Shown here one piece after another: positions 56,461 to 64,000 of a stretch of DNA of 64,000 nucleotides. Below the pieces are notes generated by a model. That model had not been told where the DNA came from and made no database searches. It saw nothing but the letters and a program-made list of their open reading frames with translations. The DNA lies in assembly GCA_963850905.1 (NCBI GenBank), contig CAWKMU010000003.1, positions 2,272,001-2,336,000 of the forward strand, in the 5' to 3' direction. This stretch comes from an uncultured Gemmatimonadales bacterium (lineage in GTDB: Bacteria > Gemmatimonadota > Gemmatimonadetes > Gemmatimonadales > Gemmatimonadaceae). Position 1 is the stretch's first letter, and each line of letters starts with the position of its first letter. The position numbers and the translations under genes were made by a program.

Positions 56461-57249
56461 ATGAGACATGCTTGGACCGCCGTCGGGCTGCTGGTCGCCG
56501 CGCCAGTGCTGCCGCCGGTGACATCGGCGGCGCAGAGCGCACCTGCCGCGCAGAGCGAGTGGCGCACCCCCTGGAGCTACGAGGGCGCACACGGGGCCGA
56601 CCATTGGGGAGATCTGGATCCCGAGTATGCCACATGCAAGACTGGGAGGCAGCAATCTCCCATCGATATCCGCGGTGCCACCAAAGCCAGGCTCGAGCCC
56701 CTGCGCTTCGAGTACAAGGGCGCCCCGCTCGCGCACTTCGTCAACAATGGCTACACCGTTCGCGTGAACTACCCGGCCGGCAACGGCAATGTCCTCGTGG
56801 TGGGGGACACGCGCTACGAGCTCACCCAGTTCCACTTCCACCGCCCCAGTGAGGAGTACGTCGACGGGAAACCGTTCGATATGGTCATCCACCTGATGCA
56901 TCGCGCGAGCGACGGACACATCGTCGGCGTCGCCGTGCTGGTCACGAGTGGCCGCGCGAACAGCACCGTCGAGCAACTGTGGGCGCACATGCCGCAGAAA
57001 CCGGGCGACGACGTGGCGGCTCCGGGTGTCGAGATCAATCCCGCTGGCCTGCTACCATCTGGCGCCGCCTACTATGCGTACCAAGGCTCGCTCACGGCGC
57101 CGCCATGCCGAGAGGGTGTAACATGGTACGTCCTCAAGACGCCAGTGACTCTGTCCTCCGACCAGATCCGCGCGTTCGCCACCCTGTACCCGCACGACGT
57201 GCGGCCGCTGCAGCCTCTCAACGGGCGTGTCGTGCAACAGAGTGAGTGA
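56461..57249 (+). CDS. Alpha-class carbonic anhydrase, exported
   Basis: Signal peptide; WSYEG, QSPID, QFHFH, GSLTAPPCREGVTW, RPLQPLNGR. Confidence 0.93.
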   Translation: MRHAWTAVGLLVAAPVLPPVTSAAQSAPAAQSEWRTPWSYEGAHGADHWGDLDPEYATCKTGRQQSPIDIRGATKARLEPLRFEYKGAPLAHFVNNGYTVRVNYPAGNGNVLVVGDTRYELTQFHFHRPSEEYVDGKPFDMVIHLMHRASDGHIVGVAVLVTSGRANSTVEQLWAHMPQKPGDDVAAPGVEINPAGLLPSGAAYYAYQGSLTAPPCREGVTWYVLKTPVTLSSDQIRAFATLYPHDVRPLQPLNGRVVQQSE

Positions 57250-57355
57250 ACCGGGACACACGGCACTCGCCACGTGGCTCGCCACCAATCGTCCCCCGGT
57301 TAGATTGGGCTGCGTTCTCCGGGGCCTCGAGCAAACCCACACGGGCGACATTCGA

Positions 57356-58330
57356 ATGACTGACTCGCGAAACACTCCGTGCGACCGTGCCGCTGCACGC
57401 GACCGGGATCGACGGCAGCGTTGCGCCGCGGCCGTCTTCGGCCTCCTGTGCCAATGCATCGTACCCGTGATTCGGGCACAACAACCCGTCCGTCACACCG
57501 TCGCCGCAGACGACGGCCACGTATTGACCGTTTGGGAGAAGCGGCCGACCGCGCCGCGCGGGAGCATCCTGCTCCTCCATGGTCGCACCTGGCCGGCGCT
57601 CCCCGACTTCGATCTGCAAGTGGCGAGTGATCCCGTGTCGCTCATGGACGCGTTGGTCGCTCGGGGTTTTGCGGTGTACGCCCTCGATGCACGCGGCTAT
57701 GGCGCAACACCGCGCGATTCATCCGGGTGGCTCACGCCAGATCAGGCGGCGGCAGATGCGATCACGGTGTGTCACTGGGTTGCCAAAAACTCCGGGGTGG
57801 CGGGTGCACCCGTCCTGTTCGGCTGGTCGCAGGGATCCATCGTCGGCCAATTGGCTGCCCAGCGGGCGCCGGACGCCATGTCGGCGTTGGTGTTGTTCGG
57901 GCACTTCACCTTTCCGGCGCCGTTGCCCGCCGACACGATGCACGGGCCACCCCCGCGTGTGGCGACGACCGCCACCGCCGCTGGCGAAGACTTCATCACC
58001 TCTGCGGCGACCGACCCGGCTGTCCGCAATGCGTACGTCCGAGCGGCGCTGGCCGCCCAGCCGGTGAGACCGGATTGGCGCCGCATGAGTGAATTCAATG
58101 CGCTGGATCCGGCCGCGGTCCACGTGCCGACACTCGAGCTCATGGGGGAGCGCGATCCCGTTTCGAACCAGGTACCGGGTGGCGAGGCCGTGTTCTTCGG
58201 CCGACTGGGGACGCCGGATCGCGAGTTCGTCGTCCTGCCGGGCGTCGACCACGTCGCTCTGCTGGAAAACGAACGCCAGAGGTTCGTGGAGGCGATCGTG
58301 GACTTTGTGGAACGGCCGCGCCCCCACTAG
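57356..58330 (+). CDS. Alpha/beta hydrolase (start uncertain)
   Basis: LLLHG, LDARGYG, nucleophile elbow GWSQG, GERD, DHVALLE. Confidence 0.85.
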   Translation: MTDSRNTPCDRAAARDRDRRQRCAAAVFGLLCQCIVPVIRAQQPVRHTVAADDGHVLTVWEKRPTAPRGSILLLHGRTWPALPDFDLQVASDPVSLMDALVARGFAVYALDARGYGATPRDSSGWLTPDQAAADAITVCHWVAKNSGVAGAPVLFGWSQGSIVGQLAAQRAPDAMSALVLFGHFTFPAPLPADTMHGPPPRVATTATAAGEDFITSAATDPAVRNAYVRAALAAQPVRPDWRRMSEFNALDPAAVHVPTLELMGERDPVSNQVPGGEAVFFGRLGTPDREFVVLPGVDHVALLENERQRFVEAIVDFVERPRPH

Positions 58331-58344
58331 AGGCGCAAAACCGG

Positions 58345-59145
58345 CTACGCCCCGGCTGCGACGGTCTTGCGCGCCTCCGCGAGTCGGGCGCGCAGGCCCG
58401 GCACGGCGCTCGCCGTCGTAGGGTTGGCCGCCAGGCGATTGATCGCCTGATTGATCGTGTCGAGACCGAGCGTTAAACCGAACCGCGTCGTCGCTCGGCT
58501 CAGAGCGCTCTGGAAGGCAGGATCTGCCTGCAGCTCGGTTTCGCCGAGTGCTTGCGCCTTCGAGACGAGGTCGGTGAGCACCGATACGGCTCGAGCGGCG
58601 TTGGCAGGCGAGGTGAGATCCTGACCTTTGGTGAATTGCTCGATTTCCGGTAGGCTGGTCGCGAACTGGCGCATCGCGTCGGCCTGAGCGGCGTTTCGCG
58701 GATGGGTTGAATGCATGAGTGCCTGCGCCGCTCCCATCATCGCGAATGGCGCGAGTGCGGCATGGCTCACCAACGGCGCGCCGGAGAACACGCCCCCGAA
58801 CGCCAGGCCGGCGAAGAGCAGCGCGCCCAGCCCGTGAAACATGTGCAGGGTCGTCCCTCCAACGCGGAATATGCCGCCGACGATTGGACGTAGCGGTACG
58901 AGAGCCAGGCCGCCCGCTGCAAGCAAGCTGACGAGCGCCGGCGCCGACTGGCCCAGGAGCTTGTAGTGCTGATGCGCACCCAAGGCAAACAGGGCACCCG
59001 CGACGCATAGGCCATAGAAGACGAGCCGATGCGCGGTCGGATGCGGGACGCGCGCGCGCGGCGAGTACTGCTGCAGTGCCTGCTGCTGCACCGAGCGCTG
59101 CTTCACCTTGCGGCCGTTGATGATGACGTCGGAGCCAAGATCCAT
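58345..59145 (-). CDS. Hypothetical membrane protein (about 4 TM helices plus helical C-terminal domain)
   Basis: Hydrophobic segments in the N-terminal half. Confidence 0.6.
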   Translation of the reverse strand: MDLGSDVIINGRKVKQRSVQQQALQQYSPRARVPHPTAHRLVFYGLCVAGALFALGAHQHYKLLGQSAPALVSLLAAGGLALVPLRPIVGGIFRVGGTTLHMFHGLGALLFAGLAFGGVFSGAPLVSHAALAPFAMMGAAQALMHSTHPRNAAQADAMRQFATSLPEIEQFTKGQDLTSPANAARAVSVLTDLVSKAQALGETELQADPAFQSALSRATTRFGLTLGLDTINQAINRLAANPTTASAVPGLRARLAEARKTVAAGA

Positions 59146-59407
59146 AACCCAATGCCTCGCGCCCAAGATTGCGTATCGAACACTACACGCCCACTCATCT
59201 CGCGTCCAATACTTTGCCCGAACCACGTCCATAGGCTTTGACTATCGGCCGCCGTGGCGGACGGCGGCAGGCGCGCCCGCGCACCGCGCGATAGTGCCGC
59301 AATGAGCTCAAGGTCTGATGAGCTGAGGCGTACGTCGAATGCGTTAACCTAGAAGCTTGCGGACGCATCGTGTGCGGCCACGCCTTGGTTGGGGATCCGT
59401 AGGCGTC

Positions 59408-60076
59408 ATGAAACTGTGTGGACTCGTCGCAAGCATCCTGCTCCTGGGCGCCACGCAGGCGCGAGCGCAAAAGGCCGATAGTATAAGTCGCCCAGCAGCG
59501 TCTCCGTCGGTCGGTAGCACCAACGGCCCCGTCGGCCCGACCGACGCCGACACCGCTGTGGCGATCCCGCGTTGCTGGCTCGGCTGCAGAAATTCGCTCC
59601 AGCGGAAAGGCCCCGCGGAGTGGGCGGGTACGGCGCGATCCCGCATGGACACACTCGAGTCGCACCTGAGTCGAAAACATCACCCACTCGCCGCCGCGGC
59701 AGTCGGGGCCAGCGCGGCGGCGTCAGGCGGAGCTGCTGCGACGACCGCCGAATCGAACGGCGATGTGAGCGTCAAACCCGCGAGTCCCGCCGCCGCCGCG
59801 TCCGAGGTCGAAACGCAACGATTCTTGATCGAAGAGTGGCGGCGATCAGAACTGAGCATCGCCGACAGCTTGCACCATGCTGTTCTCGTCCGGATCTCAC
59901 GCCTTTTTGATTCGGCTCAGCGCGCGACGGTGTCGCCGGACGATCGGCTGCGGATCGACCGGCAAATAGACGGCATCAATTCGATCAATCAGATGACCTG
60001 GCTCCAGCGACGGGTCGCCATTTATCGTCAGGCCGACAGCGCGATCGAGGCGATACCGGGGACATCCTCGCACTAA
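59408..60076 (+). CDS. Secreted hypothetical protein, CWLGC paralog 2
   Basis: Signal peptide MKLCGLVASILLLGATQARA; homology to 51770..52438. Confidence 0.7.
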   Translation: MKLCGLVASILLLGATQARAQKADSISRPAASPSVGSTNGPVGPTDADTAVAIPRCWLGCRNSLQRKGPAEWAGTARSRMDTLESHLSRKHHPLAAAAVGASAAASGGAAATTAESNGDVSVKPASPAAAASEVETQRFLIEEWRRSELSIADSLHHAVLVRISRLFDSAQRATVSPDDRLRIDRQIDGINSINQMTWLQRRVAIYRQADSAIEAIPGTSSH

Positions 60077-60100
60077 GGCTGCAGGGACCACGACGTCCAG

Positions 60101-61759
60101 TCATCCGACCGTAGCCGCTGCGGCAATCCCGGCGGCACGACCGGAAAACAGGCAGCCGCCGAGAAAGCTGCCTTCGAGCGCACGGTACCCGTGCATCCCA
60201 CCCCCTCCGAACCCGGCCACCTCTCCCGCCGCGTAGAGACCTGCGATCGGAGTACCGGTCGGTGCCAGGACGCGACTCGACAGGTCGGTCTGTAAGCCCC
60301 CAAGCGTCTTGCGGGTCAACACCCAGAGCCTCACCGCGATCAGCGGGCCGACCTCCGGGTCGAGAATGCGGTGCGGAGCGGCGGTGCGAATGAGACGGTC
60401 ACCCCAATATCGTCGTGCTGAATGGAGGGCGACGATCTGCGCGTCCTTGGCAAATGCATTCGCGATCTCGCGATCCCGAGCCCGAATGACGTCCTCGATC
60501 TGTTCTGCGTCGAGCAGCGGCGCGCCGACGAGCGTGTTCATGCCGCGAACGAGGTCTGTCAGCTGGCGCTCGACGATGAAGTCGACGCCCTGGCGCCTGA
60601 AGGCTTCGACGGGACCCGGCGCGTTGCCTCCTCGCCTCCGGCCCAACACCTGACGCCAACTGCGGCTCGCGATGTCGGGATTCTGCTCGGAGCCAGAGAG
60701 TCCGAACTCGCGCGCGAGGATCTTTTGCGAGAGAATCAGCCACGAGTGGTCGAAGCCAACGTTTCGCAAATAGGCGAGCGTGCCGAGGGTATCGAAGCCG
60801 GGAAAGAGCGGCGCTGGGAGACGATTGCCGCGCGCGTCGAGCCAGATGGAAGAAGGTCCGGCGAGAATCCGGATGCCGTGGCGCGGCCAGATCGGGTTCC
60901 AGTTCTCGACGCCCTCGACATAGTGCCACATGCGGTCCCGATTGATGACCGAGCCGCCGGCGGCTTCCGTGATCGCGAGCATCTGCCCATCGACTGAGGC
61001 TGGGACGCCGCAAAGCATACGCGTGGGCGCTGATCCGAGCCGGGCCGGCCAGCACGCACGCACCAGGTCGTGGTTGCCGCCGATGCCGCCGGACGCGACG
61101 ATCACGGCCTGGGCCCGCATCTCGAAATCTCCAACGACCACCCGGGAGCTGGGTGCACCACGTGCGACTTCGCTCGCCTCGAGAATCTCCCCCCGCACGC
61201 CATCGATCGCGCCACCGGTCAGCGTCAATCCCGTGACGCGATGACGAAATCGCAAAGTGATCCGGCCGCGTTGTTCCGCCTCACGCACGAGGCGGACGAA
61301 GGGCTCGAGCACACCCGGTCCCGTTCCCCAGGCAATGTGGAAGCGTGGCACCGAGTTCCCGTGTTGCGTGGCCAGCCCGCCGCCGCGCTCTGCCCAGCCA
61401 ACCACCGGGAAGAATCGCAAGCCAAGCGCCCGCAGCCAGGCGCGCTTCTCCCCGGACGCCCATGCGACGTACGCCTCGGCCCATCGACGCGGCCAGACGT
61501 CCTCTTGACGATCAAAGGCCGCCGAGCCCAGCCAGTCTTGCAGCGCCAGCTCCGGTGTGTCGCGAACACCAAGTCGACGCTGCTCAGGCGAGTTGACGAG
61601 AAACAGCCCGCCAAGGGACCAGAAGGCTTGGCCACCGAGCGCTACCTCGGATTCTTGGTCGACGATGACGACCCGGCGGCCTGCCGCTGCAAGTTCCGCG
61701 GCGGCGACGAGGCCGGCTAACCCAGCGCCGACGACGACTGCATCACACTCCGATCGCAT
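60101..61759 (-). CDS. FAD-binding dehydrogenase (KsdD-like)
   Basis: VVGAGLAG, GGQAFWSLGG, PRFHIAWGTGPG, RKTLGG, GYRALEG. Confidence 0.9.
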   Translation of the reverse strand: MRSECDAVVVGAGLAGLVAAAELAAAGRRVVIVDQESEVALGGQAFWSLGGLFLVNSPEQRRLGVRDTPELALQDWLGSAAFDRQEDVWPRRWAEAYVAWASGEKRAWLRALGLRFFPVVGWAERGGGLATQHGNSVPRFHIAWGTGPGVLEPFVRLVREAEQRGRITLRFRHRVTGLTLTGGAIDGVRGEILEASEVARGAPSSRVVVGDFEMRAQAVIVASGGIGGNHDLVRACWPARLGSAPTRMLCGVPASVDGQMLAITEAAGGSVINRDRMWHYVEGVENWNPIWPRHGIRILAGPSSIWLDARGNRLPAPLFPGFDTLGTLAYLRNVGFDHSWLILSQKILAREFGLSGSEQNPDIASRSWRQVLGRRRGGNAPGPVEAFRRQGVDFIVERQLTDLVRGMNTLVGAPLLDAEQIEDVIRARDREIANAFAKDAQIVALHSARRYWGDRLIRTAAPHRILDPEVGPLIAVRLWVLTRKTLGGLQTDLSSRVLAPTGTPIAGLYAAGEVAGFGGGGMHGYRALEGSFLGGCLFSGRAAGIAAAATVG

Positions 61760-61987
61760 GGCGAAGCGGTAAACCCTCGTCAGTCTGGTACGCCAACAGC
61801 CCGTCGTGCCCGGCTACGAGTTCAGAGCAGACCCGGCTAGCATCGGCTGTGAGTCGCGGAAATGTCTTCCGCGACACTGTTGCTGAGCAAGAGCCGACCG
61901 CAAGACCCGGCGCCATACGGAGAGGCTTTCGCGGGTTCGAACCGTTCCTTACGTTGAGCGCTGAAGGTGAGATCAGGGAGTCGAGGC

Positions 61988-62518
61988 ATGCTGGTTTCGT
62001 CGATTGTACCAGCACGACCCCGCGCGATCGGCATCGTCGCGTCCGGCGCCGCGGTGCTTGTCTCTGCGCTCGCGAGCTGCACGCTCAATCCGACCCAGCC
62101 TGCGCAAACCGACTGGGCGCGGGCCATCGCGAACGGCGCGATTCCCGGTGCCACCGTCTCCGGCGGCGGCCTGTACCTGCCAGGCCACCTGGCCTGCATT
62201 GTCGCGGAGATACGCGACGCGCGTGCGCCGTGGAGTGATGCGTATCAGGCGGTGTACACGGCAGCGATCGGGCAACGCTCGCACATCGCGACGCCCGTGG
62301 TGAACTACGACGTGCCGGGCTACTACGAGGACCCCTCTGCGTTCAACACGGCCGTTACCCCAATCACGACTGATGCTGACGCCGCCTATGAGCTCGCGGC
62401 GATCTATGCGATGAGCGGTGACACGAGTTTTGCGGCACCATCTGCGGCCATCTGCTCTTCGCTCGGCCGAGCTCCGACCCCGGGTGCGAGTCGACCGGCC
62501 ACCCACGCCGCGGGATGA
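61988..62518 (+). pseudogene. Apparently truncated lipoprotein resembling the N-terminus of alginate-lyase-like alpha/alpha proteins
   Basis: Lipobox LASC; DADAAYELAAIYAMSGDTSFA, after which the sequence degenerates near 62450. Confidence 0.4.
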
Positions 62519-62538
62519 TTCGGCCCGCGGAGCTACCG

Positions 62539-62758
62539 TCAGCCGCCGAGTCCGCCCTGGCGCATTTGCGGGATGGATTGTCGAGGCACTCCGAGCAAGG
62601 CATCGCACACCTCGCAGACTTGCACCAGCAGCCCGCCAACCACAAACCGCGTACGTGGAAACTCGAGCGCGCGGCGTACCAGGCGCGCGCGAACGAAGTC
62701 GCGGCATGAGGGGCATACAGCGGACGCCGTATCACCCTCGGTCCAAGGCGTCTCCAAG
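62539..62758 (-). CDS. Small zinc-ribbon protein (start uncertain)
   Basis: CPSC...CEVC pair. Confidence 0.5.
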
Positions 62759-62888
62759 GCGCGTCTCCTTTTCGAGGCAGTGGTAGGGAAGCGTGCAGCC
62801 CTGTCCACTGAGGACGACTCGCGGGCCAAGAGTTTTCAGAGAAGCCAGAACCCATCCCTTCGGGATTGGGGATTTGGGAGCCAATGAC

Positions 62889-64000
62889 CTACGGTGCCCT
62901 GCACGCAGGATCGGTCGGCACGGTCGTCGCTGGCAGCTGAGCGAGATGCGCTTGCGCCAGAGCGGCGTTCACCGCCGGCGTGTCCGTCGCCTGCAACTGC
63001 TGAAGGCCTCCAAGCGCCGCGTCGATCGTTCGGCAATCCACTTCCACCGCGGCGACGTCACTCGACGTCGGATCCAGATCGCCGAACTCCATGTCCTCGA
63101 GGTGGCGGGTGAGGTCTCGGTTCGCCGGGCCAAAGCCCCTGTCCCCCGCGCTGGCCAGCGCGGCGAGGTGGCCATCGAAGGCCCGCAACTGCGACACCAG
63201 CAGTGAGTCGGCGCCTCCGCGGTGCGCGGCAAGCGTATCCGCGGTGAGTGCGTCACGCATGCGCTGAATCGAGTTGAACTGCGCGAAGCTGACGGCGATC
63301 GCGGATACCATCTGGAGTTGCAGATTGAGCTGCGACACGAGCGCGGCTTGGGTGACAGGGATTCGCGGATCGTTCTCGATGTTCAGCTCCTGCGCGTACG
63401 TGCGCCCGCCCGTCCGCAATTCGATGCGGTAGATACCGGGTACCACCAGGGGGCCGCTCGGTTGCACACGCGGCGTTTCGCCCTTGATCGCGTGGATATT
63501 GAGTGTGTACTCCCGGTAGTCGAGGAGATCACCGAAATAACTGTAGTTCAGCGGCGTCGGTGGCGGATAACGGAGATCCCAGGCAATGCGGTGCATGCCC
63601 GGCGACGTCGCGAGAACCGTCGGCGGCGCGAACCAGTATTCGGCGATGTTCGGCCGGACCGTGTCGGGCGGCGGCACCACGCTCGAGAACTCCCGAATCA
63701 GGTGATTGGCGCCGTCGTACACCGAGAGCGTGACCAGGCCATCCGCAGGCGCTTTGAGGTAGTAGTCGATGATCGCCCCCTCAGGCGGGTTGTCGCCCGC
63801 CGGCACCTCGGGTGGAAGCGGCGTATCCTGGATGTTGTCCCCCCGGACCCGATATGCGGTCTGGGGGCGAAACAGATAGGCGGGTGATGTGCTGGCCGCT
63901 ACCGCTCGAACCTGACGCAGCGGCGTGAGATCATCCAGGATCCACAGCGCGCGGCCGTAAGTGGAGATAGCCAGATCGTTGCCATGGACATCGATGTCGG
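62889..64000 (-). CDS. C-terminal part of a VPS10/BNR-repeat glycosyl-hydrolase-like protein, truncated by the window edge
   Basis: Frame is open to the edge: NDLAISTYGRALWILDD...GDNPPEGAIIDYYL...GMHRIAWDLRY...DPR. Confidence 0.85.
   Translation of the reverse strand, partial: DIDVHGNDLAISTYGRALWILDDLTPLRQVRAVAASTSPAYLFRPQTAYRVRGDNIQDTPLPPEVPAGDNPPEGAIIDYYLKAPADGLVTLSVYDGANHLIREFSSVVPPPDTVRPNIAEYWFAPPTVLATSPGMHRIAWDLRYPPPTPLNYSYFGDLLDYREYTLNIHAIKGETPRVQPSGPLVVPGIYRIELRTGGRTYAQELNIENDPRIPVTQAALVSQLNLQLQMVSAIAVSFAQFNSIQRMRDALTADTLAAHRGGADSLLVSQLRAFDGHLAALASAGDRGFGPANRDLTRHLEDMEFGDLDPTSSDVAAVEVDCRTIDAALGGLQQLQATDTPAVNAALAQAHLAQLPATTVPTDPACRAP

Noticed and set aside
61930..61950. GGGTTCGAACC tRNA T-arm-like sequence (similar one near 52080)
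   Set aside because: No cloverleaf and no match to the tRNA-Ala 3' end.

Overview
High-GC bacterial chromosomal window, most consistent with Gemmatimonadota (inferred from gene repertoire: actA-F alternative complex III, PilX-like giant minor pilins, VPS10/BNR protein). Left part: PilX-like gene, AraC regulator, GNAT, Ig-like lipoprotein and kynureninase. The most notable block (7.8-19.4 kb) is two convergent operons. One encodes a copper-monooxygenase-like protein plus Spt/bCerS/CerR-like ceramide synthesis genes. The other is a tightly coupled head-group operon (HAD, NTP transferase, ITPK1-like ATP-grasp, class III aminotransferase, CDP-alcohol phosphotransferase, Gfo/Idh/MocA dehydrogenase, flippase-like protein) that suggests an undescribed amino-cyclitol phosphosphingolipid pathway. 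Next come a four-gene minor pilin operon ending in a poly-proline-tailed PilX paralog, GTAG-type REP elements, tyrosine catabolism (acetoacetate-CoA ligase, hppD, hmgA), an MCP, an ABC exporter, speA, sodA, DedA, a TrmJ-like methylase and actABCDEF. tRNA-Ala(TGC) is followed by a 23-bp att-like duplication and an accessory-looking region containing two paralogous secreted CWLGC proteins, an orphan MASE1 kinase, PPK2 and an alpha carbonic anhydrase. Many genes between 34 and 46.5 kb are split by +1 frameshifts that look like sequencing errors. All family assignments come from motif recognition by eye; no searches were run.
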